The notes: generated by a model not told the origin, from the sequence alone. A stretch of 64,000 nt of DNA from Candidatus Obscuribacterales bacterium (GCA_965228855.1 CBDDIJ010000005.1:192001-256000); one strand, 5' to 3'. Positions 22,483-32,379 are shown, counted from the stretch's first letter. Numbers and translations: made by a program.

Positions 22483-22757
22483 TTTGAGTTTCTCCGTAGC
22501 GTCACAGTACTCTTCGGCTTTGGGATTCCTTGAAAATTAGGGAAGCTGGAGATGAATCTCTCTCTCTCCACTCAACCCCAACGAAGTATACCGATCTGAA
22601 CTAGCTGCAGCCGACTTCTAGATGTCATTTACTTCAAATAGGTGATTGGGAGTGACGAAACTCCACGCGGCTCCCACCTTTGATTCCAAACTGCGAACGG
22701 GCTTAGCTGCCGTCGCAATGTGGAATAACCAGAGCACTGCTCTGCGAGACAATCCCT

Positions 22758-24455
22758 ATGAGCGATGATCCGTCCAAGCCCAGAAGAACGGAAGTGCCTG
22801 CTGAAATCGGCGGCACTGACAAGGGTTTGGAAAGCGCTCCAGATGTGCCTGCCGTCAGAAATGCGAGCGTGGACGTCGTTAAGTCTGCTCAACGACTCAA
22901 CCAAGATAACTGGCGCAGTAATGACGGACACTTTGCTATCACAAACGGCGATGAAGTCCTAGCAAGCCAGAATGTTAATGAGTCGAGAAAAGCTCTCATA
23001 GAGAATGTTTCAGAGACTGGAACTCAGCTATCACTCGAAGCCCGAAGCAACCCCGCCCTTGAACCCGTTGCGCTGCTACGGAAGTATGCAGACAAATTGC
23101 CAGAAGGCGAAGAGAAGAGAAGTCTTGTCGAACTCTCCCGGAAGCAAGGTGCTGAGCTTTCACCTTCGATTCGTGAGAGGCTCGAAGGCAGAAGATATGC
23201 CATAGCCAGTAGTGAATTAGATCAAGGTGGAATCCATCACGCGTTGACACCAAATGAGGTGCCACCTGGAGGACTGGGATCTGCATTTCTACACTCAAAA
23301 CCAGAGGTACAGAATGCGCTAATCAAGGCACTTCAAGACTGTCCCGAGATTATGAGTAATCGCTTGGACGTCGCCATCTCGAACGGTGTATATAAAGGAG
23401 TACGAAATTGGACTGACGTGGCCGTCGCGCTTGGATTGACAGTCTGGAGGACTATCGAATTCACCTCCGACGTTATGACGAACAACCCACGTGCCCTGAA
23501 AACTGGCGAGAAAGTTGGCAGCGACATTGGCTCGGCAATAGTTGGGGGAGTGCGAATCTTCGAATTCGCAGACCTGTATTCTCAGAACATTCAGGAGACA
23601 GGGGACTACGAAAAACCGATTCGTGACATCGTCTGGTTAAAAGAACAGCTCAACGCAAAATGGAACCGGATGTCGGAATTTGAGAAGCAGGAATGCATCG
23701 CGGAAAGCACAACAAACCTTGCTCTAGGAGGTCTTCCGACATGGTCTCTCGCAAGGTCATCTCACTTTACCCGTGCAATTGAAGATCTCGGTCAGACAGC
23801 AGCCAAACTTGGTGGTAAGTCTCAGCAAGAGCTTGCAATAGCAATACGGCGCATGATCGATAAGCTTGGTCCGCAAGTCAAAGCGGTGGATGCCGCAACC
23901 GGATTAGAAATCGAAGTTCCTGCTGGCCGGTTTGAAGACCTCTCAATGAGGATGGTCAAACACAAGGGTGACGGAAATGATACTCCGAAGCAGAGAAGGA
24001 GCTACGGTGAGGGCGACGAGATAGTGCGGTCCCCTCACAAGTTTAAGGAGCTTCCTAAGACAGTCGAGGTTCTTCTGCACAATCCCGTCAAATTCGTTTC
24101 GGACAGAATTGACGAACTCAAATCTCAAATTCCAAAGAAAGCGATGGATTTTGGAACAACGATGTCATCAGCAATAGCAAAAGACGCCGACGGTAAATTA
24201 CACGTCTTGGTGAGCACTAATGAGGAAACTGACTATCTCCGCAAGGGAGTGGAGCTTAAACCTTGGGAAAACTTCGTAACCGGAGAAACAGGTGACGCAG
24301 AAATGAGGATAAAACAATTCGCGGAGAATCACGGACTCAAGCTTATTGGAATGGGTGCAACCCGTCCCATATGCGAAGCGTGTGAATCGTGCCTTCGACC
24401 ACTCGGAGTAAAGTTCGCTACAATTCTGAAGTCAGAGGTCAGGAAGAAGCCATGA
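22758..24455 (+). CDS. polymorphic toxin-like protein with a C-terminal deaminase-fold domain
   Basis: Helical N-terminal trunk; C-terminus GDAEMRI...GMGATRPICEAC ([H]AE...PxCxxC pattern); coupled downstream gene. Confidence 0.7.
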   Translation: MSDDPSKPRRTEVPAEIGGTDKGLESAPDVPAVRNASVDVVKSAQRLNQDNWRSNDGHFAITNGDEVLASQNVNESRKALIENVSETGTQLSLEARSNPALEPVALLRKYADKLPEGEEKRSLVELSRKQGAELSPSIRERLEGRRYAIASSELDQGGIHHALTPNEVPPGGLGSAFLHSKPEVQNALIKALQDCPEIMSNRLDVAISNGVYKGVRNWTDVAVALGLTVWRTIEFTSDVMTNNPRALKTGEKVGSDIGSAIVGGVRIFEFADLYSQNIQETGDYEKPIRDIVWLKEQLNAKWNRMSEFEKQECIAESTTNLALGGLPTWSLARSSHFTRAIEDLGQTAAKLGGKSQQELAIAIRRMIDKLGPQVKAVDAATGLEIEVPAGRFEDLSMRMVKHKGDGNDTPKQRRSYGEGDEIVRSPHKFKELPKTVEVLLHNPVKFVSDRIDELKSQIPKKAMDFGTTMSSAIAKDADGKLHVLVSTNEETDYLRKGVELKPWENFVTGETGDAEMRIKQFAENHGLKLIGMGATRPICEACESCLRPLGVKFATILKSEVRKKP

Positions 24456-24892
24456 ATAGACTGGAATCCGTAGCGCCCGAAACAGCTATTGAAGTCGGCC
24501 GTGCTGGTCCTCAAAAGCAAAGACTCGCAGCTATTGAAGCATGCCGACATGCAATTGAGGCAAGCAAAACGAGCGATGAAATCGTCATCCGTGCGTTCGA
24601 TTTACTCTGTCAAGATGGCGTGCTTCCAGCGAAGGTAAGACATGCGCTCGACGATGTAGCAGACGAACTTGATGAAAAATACATGGAGATTTACCAGAAA
24701 ACTCCAGACGCGAGGCACGACTATATTGGCTACTTCAGGCGCGCCAGGACGATCTGCGCAGTCTCCGCTGCCGGCGGCGAGGATCCACATCAAGCTGCGA
24801 TTGATGCAATTTACGAAGCGCGCCAGACGGTTGACGATCAAGACGGTCTCTGCCAGGTCCTATCAGCTTACCTTCGCCGAAAGGCTGACTGA
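24452..24892 (+). CDS. putative immunity protein of the upstream toxin
   Basis: ATGA overlap with the toxin stop; helical 146 aa with LDEKY...YFRRAR...AIYEA. Confidence 0.65.
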   Translation: MNRLESVAPETAIEVGRAGPQKQRLAAIEACRHAIEASKTSDEIVIRAFDLLCQDGVLPAKVRHALDDVADELDEKYMEIYQKTPDARHDYIGYFRRARTICAVSAAGGEDPHQAAIDAIYEARQTVDDQDGLCQVLSAYLRRKAD

Positions 24893-24899
24893 ATTTCGA

Positions 24900-25799
24900 T
24901 TATTCAGAAGGATTATCATTAGTCAGAATGCGTCGCTTCTTAAACGCGCCCATTTTTTCAGTAAATTCCGTTGCGAATGCAACATAGGGATCGGTATTCT
25001 CGATATAAATGGCGTTTACCTGTCCAGGTCCGTAAGAAAGCATTTGACTCTTTAGCTCTCGGCCAATCTGATGTTTTGACCCAGCCCACCTGACGATTCT
25101 CTCGGTAAAGACCTGTTTGGGTAATTGGGCACGCAAATGCAATCCATCCGGAAATACAATATGCGAACTCGCCTCGGAGGACCAAAACTCACTTACACTG
25201 AAAATACTTACGCCTTCGTCCACTAGGCGCTCGGCAGCGCTCACAAACGGCTCTGCTCGCCCTTCGTCAGTCTCTCGATTATGTTCTTCAAACTGCCGAA
25301 GATGTTCCGCTCGCTCATCGGCAGTGCGCACAAAAGTATGCGCCTCGCCCACAAGCACAACTACTTTGGACGGAAGCACGCTCATTATTGTGTCGCACAT
25401 GAATTGTTCGCGTCCGACCTCTGGGCTGTCGGAGTTAGGATCCAAACTGTTGATAAAGAGAAGTTCGCCACCATGTCGGCACCATGTTTTTATTGCCTCT
25501 AACAGCAATTCATCAAAACATTCGAACTGCGAAATCGACTGCTCCCGAAGCTGCTCTTGCAAGTCTACCAAAGGACAATCGCCCCTTACATAACGATCAA
25601 ACGATGTAGTCAGATTCGGTAATAGCTCAAGAGCCAGATACTCAAACCCTTTCCCCCTGAGCAAGGGAAGTAGAGTTAGGACAATTTTTCTAAACTCAGT
25701 CTTAGCTGAATGGGTCTCTCCAAGTAAAACTACGTTTGCGTTTTCCGAGAGAATCTGTTCAACAAGTTGATACTCATCAATGCCACCTTCGGTGCTCAT
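24900..25799 (-). CDS. ChaN/EreA/TIKI-fold hydrolase-like protein
   Basis: VVLLGETH, YLALE, REQFM and KVVVLVGEAH motifs; ATGA-coupled to the ARH gene. Confidence 0.7.
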   Translation of the reverse strand: MSTEGGIDEYQLVEQILSENANVVLLGETHSAKTEFRKIVLTLLPLLRGKGFEYLALELLPNLTTSFDRYVRGDCPLVDLQEQLREQSISQFECFDELLLEAIKTWCRHGGELLFINSLDPNSDSPEVGREQFMCDTIMSVLPSKVVVLVGEAHTFVRTADERAEHLRQFEEHNRETDEGRAEPFVSAAERLVDEGVSIFSVSEFWSSEASSHIVFPDGLHLRAQLPKQVFTERIVRWAGSKHQIGRELKSQMLSYGPGQVNAIYIENTDPYVAFATEFTEKMGAFKKRRILTNDNPSE

Positions 25800-27598
25800 A
25801 TCAAATGCTCCGTCCTTGAGCCGCTGCTCTTTGGAGTCTTCAATCCACGCCTGCGTAAAATCCTTATATTGTATCCATCGAAGTCATCGAACGTGAATGC
25901 TCCTCTCTTGTCGAGCAAATTCTCACGAATATCAATCATGAGACCGAATTTTTGAACTACTCTATAAGCTTTGTGGACATCATCGGTATAAAGACAGAGT
26001 ATTGGTGAAGTCAACGAGCGACGATCTCTTAGTGAGTCAAGCTGCTCTAAGACGAGTGCACCAAAATCGATGGATTCCCTATCCCGACTGACAACCCGAA
26101 ATCCCAGATCTGTGAACAATCTTGCTGAGCGCTCCAGATTTTGCACGAGAAGTGTCACTCGCAAATCCGGTTCTCGTAATGGTCTATCCGGAGCTGTCTC
26201 GTATACCGCGGATTGACGCTGCTCCAGTTGATTGTCCTCGTCTATTTTCAGAGGCAGAGGCTTCGGACTTGCCTTCTTCAGCCTAGTAATGAAGATCGTC
26301 TGCCCGTCTTCAGTTCTTAGTCTACACACAGATCCTTTAACATCTTCTTTGAGCATTTCCACATCTTCGAAAGATTCGACTATGGCAGACCTAGTGTCCG
26401 GAAGTGTGACCTCGCGTTGTTGCGTTGCTGCAAATATTTCACGCCTCAGCGAAGCAAGCGTGACTTGCCGAACTTCTGGAATCGCTTTACGAACTTGTCG
26501 CCGACTAAGGTCTAATGCAATCTGGCGAAGATATGGACGGTCCTGCACAGAATCTAGGCACTCGGTGATCCAATCTGTTCCAAAGACAGCACCAGCAAGT
26601 GATCCGACCATGGCTCCAAGTGTGTCGGTATCTGCATCTTCTAAGAAACAAGCGCGACGAAGACCGGCGTTCGGATTGCCACCACTTTTCGAAACCAAAA
26701 ACAGCGCACCAGCTGTGGTGACGGTGCCCGCGCCAGAACGCTCGCTATCCGAACATCCCAAATGACGAAGAACTTCATTCTCAGTCTGAAGTCCCGATTC
26801 CAATTCGCGTTGAATGTAAGTCAACATTTCCTCCAACTCGTGGACGGTGCTCGTCCATTCATCCAAGTACGAGAGGGTCTTATTTGAATTCGCAGCGTGG
26901 TACCATTCCTCGAACTCAACACACTCTGGTAAGTTTGACCAAACGTCCTTAGCAGCTAGAGTTTGCCTAACTAATTCACCGAACTCTAGTGTCTTCCGTA
27001 GGCGAAGGGCGTACCAACCTGCGTACGCGAAAGCCAGAGCTCCTATCAGCGCCCTCGGATGCCCATGAGTAGTGATGCCATTTCTGAAAACGTCTCTTCC
27101 CAATTCTGCAAAACCATCCGAATCTGCATGCCATACACAGTGTGGAAAGATGCGCATCGCAACGCCATTAGCTCCAGCTTCGAAGTATTTCCGACGGTCT
27201 GATTCGGGTCTATTTAAGGACCAGGGAGGGATATTTAAGCACCATGCTTTAATTGCACTCTTTACGGCTCTTCCGCCGCCTCTCTCGTAAAGACTGAACG
27301 TTGGAAATTCTTGTTTCGTGAGAAACGAAAACCACTCGTCTCCAGTGAACAGACTTCTAGCCGTACTTAGAACGAGCTGTGTGTCGTCGCTGTAGCATCC
27401 AGCACCGATTGATTCTAGATGTGCGTAGCTGTAACCACCAGCTCGACGCCGCCATGCTCGAAATGGTGCCTCCGGTTTATGTGGCAGAAAATTCACAAGC
27501 CCCGAACGATTTTCTTGAGGCCAGCCCAGCGCATCACCGACAGCCCCCCCAACTATGGCGCCTTCCGCTTTCTTTGCTAGGGATAACATCATCGGCAT
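25796..27598 (-). CDS. ADP-ribosylglycohydrolase (ARH/DraG family) fused to a C-terminal VOC/glyoxalase-like domain
   Basis: GGAVGDALG, YSDDTQ, GANGVAMRI, TTH, DADTDTLGAMVGSLAGA; C-terminus VTLLVQNLERSARLFTDLGF...FTFDDFDGYNIRI. ATG 27598 overlaps the DarT stop (TAATG). Confidence 0.9.
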   Translation of the reverse strand: MPMMLSLAKKAEGAIVGGAVGDALGWPQENRSGLVNFLPHKPEAPFRAWRRRAGGYSYAHLESIGAGCYSDDTQLVLSTARSLFTGDEWFSFLTKQEFPTFSLYERGGGRAVKSAIKAWCLNIPPWSLNRPESDRRKYFEAGANGVAMRIFPHCVWHADSDGFAELGRDVFRNGITTHGHPRALIGALAFAYAGWYALRLRKTLEFGELVRQTLAAKDVWSNLPECVEFEEWYHAANSNKTLSYLDEWTSTVHELEEMLTYIQRELESGLQTENEVLRHLGCSDSERSGAGTVTTAGALFLVSKSGGNPNAGLRRACFLEDADTDTLGAMVGSLAGAVFGTDWITECLDSVQDRPYLRQIALDLSRRQVRKAIPEVRQVTLASLRREIFAATQQREVTLPDTRSAIVESFEDVEMLKEDVKGSVCRLRTEDGQTIFITRLKKASPKPLPLKIDEDNQLEQRQSAVYETAPDRPLREPDLRVTLLVQNLERSARLFTDLGFRVVSRDRESIDFGALVLEQLDSLRDRRSLTSPILCLYTDDVHKAYRVVQKFGLMIDIRENLLDKRGAFTFDDFDGYNIRILRRRGLKTPKSSGSRTEHLI

Positions 27599-28287
27599 TA
27601 CGGCGTCCAAGTTGACTCTCGAGGTGCAGAACCATTCCAAATACAGTTTCGGAGTGCGTCCTTGTCGAACATTTCTCCACAAATCACAAATCGAAGGTCT
27701 GTACAGTCTATTTTCGCATACTCAAACCTTACAAGCTGATCTTGTGCATGGGCTTTTGTCGGAAACACGACTCCAGTCAAATCAGTTATTGCAATTTTGT
27801 CTTTAACCATTACTTCACACTGCATGTCGGTTGGGCATGATGAAAGGTGCGTTGCAGAGCGGCTAAAAGAACCAACTCTACTAGCATAAAGACCAGCGAG
27901 TGCAGGCAAGCTGGCAGGTATAAGATTCGCTCCGGAGCCCTTTGCCGCGTTGTGGGGGCAATACAGCGTGTCATTTAGACCCACGTAGTCCGCTCGAATT
28001 AGCAGGATAACCCAATCGCGGAAAAGTAAGTCCTCTTTTTGCTTCTTTAGAAAGTAATGCACATTCGGGTATTGAATAGATGTTGAAATGTGCCCTTTTC
28101 GACCATCCCACCGCTCAATATCAATCTGGGTGAAAAGGGCGCGTTCATCTCTTTCCAGCATCTCTGTTGCGAGTATTCCGATTTTTCCATCGATTAAATG
28201 CATTAAATTGCGCACGGGAGTGAAATGGCACAGTCTTGAAACTCCTTTTCGCTGAACCTCCTTCAGGAGACCTTCATCTAATGTCAT
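27598..28287 (-). CDS. darT: DarT-family (DUF4433) DNA ADP-ribosyltransferase
   Basis: RLCHFTPVRNL, RWDG, ISTSIQYPN, HNAA, PTDMQCEVMVKDKI (catalytic Q-x-E). Confidence 0.85.
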   Translation of the reverse strand: MTLDEGLLKEVQRKGVSRLCHFTPVRNLMHLIDGKIGILATEMLERDERALFTQIDIERWDGRKGHISTSIQYPNVHYFLKKQKEDLLFRDWVILLIRADYVGLNDTLYCPHNAAKGSGANLIPASLPALAGLYASRVGSFSRSATHLSSCPTDMQCEVMVKDKIAITDLTGVVFPTKAHAQDQLVRFEYAKIDCTDLRFVICGEMFDKDALRNCIWNGSAPRESTWTP

Positions 28288-29695
28288 ATTTAAACCTGCT
28301 AACGGTGGAAGAGTCTTTCGGAATTAGCACCGTTCTCTCCTTCGAAAAGGTCATTGTAAGTTCAGTCTTTGCTCGTGTAATTGCAATGTAGAAAAGGCGA
28401 GCATCATGCGCTTCAGCGTCGACCTGACCGAACTGGTTTACGGTACGATCGCTAGGCAAGCGATCTTTTGAGCAATAAGGCATGAACACTGCATCAAATT
28501 CGAGTCCTTGCGACGCTTGATACATACCTACAAAAATTCCATTGCTTTGGACCCAACATGGCATTGTTCGATCAATTTGAGTAAAGCCGCACTTCCGTTG
28601 ACGTAAGCTGCGGACCACAACGTTTACATCATCCTTGGTTCTACACAAGATTGCTACGGTTTTCGAATTGGCATCTGCAATTGCTCGCGAAACGACGTAC
28701 TCTGTTTCGGACGCGTAGTCTCGACAGCGGACGACCCGAGGCTTTGAACCAGCCGCTAAGACATTTTTAGGGGCTACTAAATCAGGCTCGAGGTAGAACG
28801 GCATCAACGCGAGTTCGAGTGCAAACGCGGTAATCTCTGGACTATTTCTATAGTTCTGCTCAAACTTCCAAACGTTTCGCTCCAGAACATCAAGGTTTGC
28901 GGACTTCCAATTTGTTCGGGTTCTAACTCCACGCGTCTGCTGCACAAGGTCGCCAAAGAATGTCAGGCTTCCATCCGCTGGAATTGCTGCAGCCAGTGAA
29001 CGCAACATTTCTGGCGAGAACTGTTGTCCTTCATCGATGACGATGTGGCGGTAGAATCGGGATGTTGAATCATCAGCAAACGCATCTGACACCAGAGTCG
29101 CAATTTCAAGGTAGTCTGTTTCAGTGCGGTAGCGGGTTAACCTTTGTTCTCGATACCTTTCAAGAATCGAGTAGATTTCGCTTCTGAGTGCGGAAGTCAA
29201 TCCTACTTCACGCCCCATTCTATCTGCGTCTAGGTAGTCCTGCTTCGACCGAATTCCATTGTCGACTATCCAGTCAATTTCATCGAGAACAAATTGAGTA
29301 TCAAGTCCTGATAATCTTGAGGTAGTGCGCGTCTTTTTGAAAGTACTGATTAGTGATACTAGAAGCGTCTCGCGTTTGTCATTATCCAACGTCCTGCGTA
29401 CCGGTCTTTTTCGCGAATTTAGATATCCGAAGGCAAATTTGTGGTAGGTGCGAACATCTAAAGGGTTTTTACTTTGTCGCGCGTAGTGATCGAGATACTT
29501 TGTTAAGACATTATTGAATGTGACAAGAAGCGTTCTTCCTGAAGTGGAAGTTCTAGCGTCTGAAAGATATCCCGCTCGAAGTAGTGCCAATAAGGTCTTG
29601 CCGCTACCTGCGGTGCCAAGCACAACACTGTGGCCAAGCGGATAAAGGCTCAGCACATCAATCTGTCGACCTTGAGGTTTGGGTAATCCCTGCAA
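28274..29695 (-). CDS. UvrD/Rep-like superfamily 1 helicase
   Basis: GTAGSGKT, TYHKF, IVIDEGQ, FFGDLVQ, NYRNS, GLEFDAV, FYIAITRAK. Confidence 0.92.
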   Translation of the reverse strand: MQGLPKPQGRQIDVLSLYPLGHSVVLGTAGSGKTLLALLRAGYLSDARTSTSGRTLLVTFNNVLTKYLDHYARQSKNPLDVRTYHKFAFGYLNSRKRPVRRTLDNDKRETLLVSLISTFKKTRTTSRLSGLDTQFVLDEIDWIVDNGIRSKQDYLDADRMGREVGLTSALRSEIYSILERYREQRLTRYRTETDYLEIATLVSDAFADDSTSRFYRHIVIDEGQQFSPEMLRSLAAAIPADGSLTFFGDLVQQTRGVRTRTNWKSANLDVLERNVWKFEQNYRNSPEITAFALELALMPFYLEPDLVAPKNVLAAGSKPRVVRCRDYASETEYVVSRAIADANSKTVAILCRTKDDVNVVVRSLRQRKCGFTQIDRTMPCWVQSNGIFVGMYQASQGLEFDAVFMPYCSKDRLPSDRTVNQFGQVDAEAHDARLFYIAITRAKTELTMTFSKERTVLIPKDSSTVSRFKYDIR

Positions 29696-29808
29696 GTTGC
29701 CACGTACTCTCTGGATTTTGGGTTGAAACAGGTCACAATAACGAGGACATGCTTCGCGGTCAATCCCCCAGAGGGATGATTAGTTTTGAGCGCGTTTCTG
29801 CACTGGTA

Positions 29809-30549
29809 TCAACCAAGGTTGAATTGGATTCCCGCTGGATGCTGATTTGATACCTCCCAGCCGACTGCGTCTCCCTCTCGGTTGAAGGATAGAAACAGAC
29901 CAAAGCGGTAGATCGGAGACTTTACCGGTTCGCTCGATTCGGTAAATAGCAGCAGTTTTGTCCAATCAAGGAGAAGGCAGGCCGCATTGGTGAAATTTAC
30001 CTTCATCTCGATAATGAGTACGTTACGGCAATTACATCCGCGGGTGTGAATCACGACGTCGGGAACGACCCTTCGGTACCTTCCTTGTGAGGTCTCGATT
30101 GCAATGTCTATTCTCGCCCGTTCAAAGTGCTTCGCAGTAACTTTGAACGGAATTTTTCCTCTAAGACTGTTGAGCGATTTCATCATGTAATCTCGTGAGA
30201 GTTGCTTCGTCAAAGAGCCCGCCCGGTTGTACTCACAGTCTACCGACCAGCCGGTGTACTTCAGTTGGTCAAAGAGAATGCGAGCGAATTGATGCGCGAC
30301 CGCACGCTCACCCACTTCGAGGTAGAACAAGTCCTTTTGCTCTTTTAGCTCCAGAACCGTGTCTCGAAGTATAGCGCGAAGCGAGCGTTTGTCGTTTGAC
30401 GTAATGATCTCTTGGTCCAATGTTTGAGGAATATCGGCAAGATTCCTCTTTGTGCAGTTGTCGCAACTAGGCATGGTTTTAATTTTTTCCATTCGGTTGA
30501 AATCCCTATGCTGAAAATCCAATTGTTCTGTTGCGAGACATGAGACCAA
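29809..30549 (-). CDS. PD-(D/E)xK-like putative nuclease (start uncertain)
   Basis: ERAVAH, VDCEYNR, PDVVIHTRG...LIIEMK. Confidence 0.6.
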   Translation of the reverse strand: MVSCLATEQLDFQHRDFNRMEKIKTMPSCDNCTKRNLADIPQTLDQEIITSNDKRSLRAILRDTVLELKEQKDLFYLEVGERAVAHQFARILFDQLKYTGWSVDCEYNRAGSLTKQLSRDYMMKSLNSLRGKIPFKVTAKHFERARIDIAIETSQGRYRRVVPDVVIHTRGCNCRNVLIIEMKVNFTNAACLLLDWTKLLLFTESSEPVKSPIYRFGLFLSFNREGDAVGWEVSNQHPAGIQFNLG

Positions 30550-30594
30550 CAGAATTTGCTCCGATCTCTGATACTTCTGACACCAGATCTGATG

Positions 30595-32379
30595 CTAAAT
30601 ACCATTCGACACTCTTATAAAGCGTACAAGGCGTTCTAACTGCGACTGCAAGTCGAGAATGGATAGATCCGCAGGCGCTTGTGTGACGACACGTGCAATC
30701 GCAACCTTGTCCGCCTGTTTTTTCCCTCCGTCCACTTTCATAGTGAGTGCTCGCTCGAACGGTTTTCCAATATTCGGCAATTCTGTTTCTTCTCCGTGAA
30801 CCTTCCTCGCAGCTGAGTCCAGCAGCTTTGGTTCAATATAGTTTTCGATTTCGCGTCCCGCGGATATCCAAGCGAAACCTGGTCCCCTGTCAAACTCACC
30901 TTGAACACGCAACTTAGTTTCGTTAATTGGTTCGGTAGCACTCGACTTATCACGATCTATCACGATGACACCATAGCTGTTTAACCTCCGAAGCGAAATA
31001 AAGTCACTTACCGGCTCGGTCGATGATAACTCGGCACCTTGTGCATTCTCAATATTGGTCAACTCATTGGCGGTGAAGTGACTCAGTAATTTGCCGCCAT
31101 ATGTCATAACCGAATAGTGCAACCCATAAGTGAGACTTGGGTCTAACGCGTTAAGCCAGTGCCTCAGGTAGATACGATCGCTTGGACCTTCCACCCATAT
31201 AACACAGTTTGCCTGCATCAAATCGGATGGGCGGTGCCCTAGAATTCTGCAGATTGATGACTTCGCCTTTGCGGTGTCTGCATGTTCAACTTCCGAATGA
31301 CCGTTCGAATCAATCCGGACATGAAATACACTGGAGTCAGCGATATCCAGAGCTTGAGATGCGTGGGTAGTTATGAAATATTGGTTGTCCGTTTGCTTGG
31401 ACAGAAACTCTAAGAGCGCACGCAGCAAACCCGGATGCAAATGAATTTCCGGCTCCTCAATACAGACGATGCTCTTTTCCCATTGCGTCACAGCGGACGC
31501 CATTAGAACGACTTGATGGATTCCGCGACCCATATGATCTAGTGGAAGCACCTTGCCGTCCAAGTGAACACTAATCTCAAGCTGATTGCTAGCGATCTCC
31601 AATTGAGCAGAGCCGTTCCCCGTTACGCTCTTCACAAACATATTGATTTGAGAGAACTTTTCCTTTGACTGGCGATACTTCGCTGGATCCTGAAAGGACG
31701 GATTCTGAAGTCCCGCGAGATATTTGATAACCCCCGCGCCGGATGGATTGAACTCACTGGCGGAACTATCAATTCTTCTCAGATCGGGGATGGAGTGAAC
31801 GTTTACACTCGCTTCAATTTCGAATAATCGAATGAAATCTTTTAGAATTGTGGAAATATTACCTTCCGGGTTGTGCCGAACGGAAAACGCACCATTGGTA
31901 ACTGCATGAGCTAGTAGTTCCCAATCGTCATCTGTAAATTGCTGATAAAAGTAGTCCTGCAATTCTTTGACGATTGATTCGTCAAAGCGATTACCCAGGT
32001 AACGAAACCAAATCATCTCCGTCTGCAAGCTGAGTGGCGGACTCTCTATGAATAATTGGAAGTTTCGCAACGTATGCGGATCTCTGATTCTAGCCGCAAT
32101 CGTTTGCAACTTATCCGAAGTTATCCGTACGCCTATCTGTGTTCTTGAAGTGGTATCACCAGTTTGGGGTAGATTAAGACCTGAGACGCTAAAACCAACT
32201 CGGTTCGGTTGTTTCGACTCGCTAGGAAGCGACGTCTCAATGACTTTCAGAATATTTGACTTTCCAGAGTTGTTGGCTCCAATTAAGAAGTTTAATTTCG
32301 ACAGTGGCGCTAGTCGAGCGATGGGCCCACCAAAACTTCGATAACCGCCAAACGCTAATCCTTCAAATCTTATGGACAT
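30595..32379 (-). CDS. OLD-family ATP-dependent nuclease (ABC ATPase + TOPRIM)
   Basis: GANNSGKS, IEEPEIHLHP, FITTH, WVEGPSD, IDRD, REIENY. Confidence 0.9.
   Translation of the reverse strand: MSIRFEGLAFGGYRSFGGPIARLAPLSKLNFLIGANNSGKSNILKVIETSLPSESKQPNRVGFSVSGLNLPQTGDTTSRTQIGVRITSDKLQTIAARIRDPHTLRNFQLFIESPPLSLQTEMIWFRYLGNRFDESIVKELQDYFYQQFTDDDWELLAHAVTNGAFSVRHNPEGNISTILKDFIRLFEIEASVNVHSIPDLRRIDSSASEFNPSGAGVIKYLAGLQNPSFQDPAKYRQSKEKFSQINMFVKSVTGNGSAQLEIASNQLEISVHLDGKVLPLDHMGRGIHQVVLMASAVTQWEKSIVCIEEPEIHLHPGLLRALLEFLSKQTDNQYFITTHASQALDIADSSVFHVRIDSNGHSEVEHADTAKAKSSICRILGHRPSDLMQANCVIWVEGPSDRIYLRHWLNALDPSLTYGLHYSVMTYGGKLLSHFTANELTNIENAQGAELSSTEPVSDFISLRRLNSYGVIVIDRDKSSATEPINETKLRVQGEFDRGPGFAWISAGREIENYIEPKLLDSAARKVHGEETELPNIGKPFERALTMKVDGGKKQADKVAIARVVTQAPADLSILDLQSQLERLVRFIRVSNGI

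Noticed and set aside
28274..32379. Canonical Gabija call
   Set aside because: OLD and UvrD are separated by another gene and the helicase is coupled to darT; kept only as a possibility.
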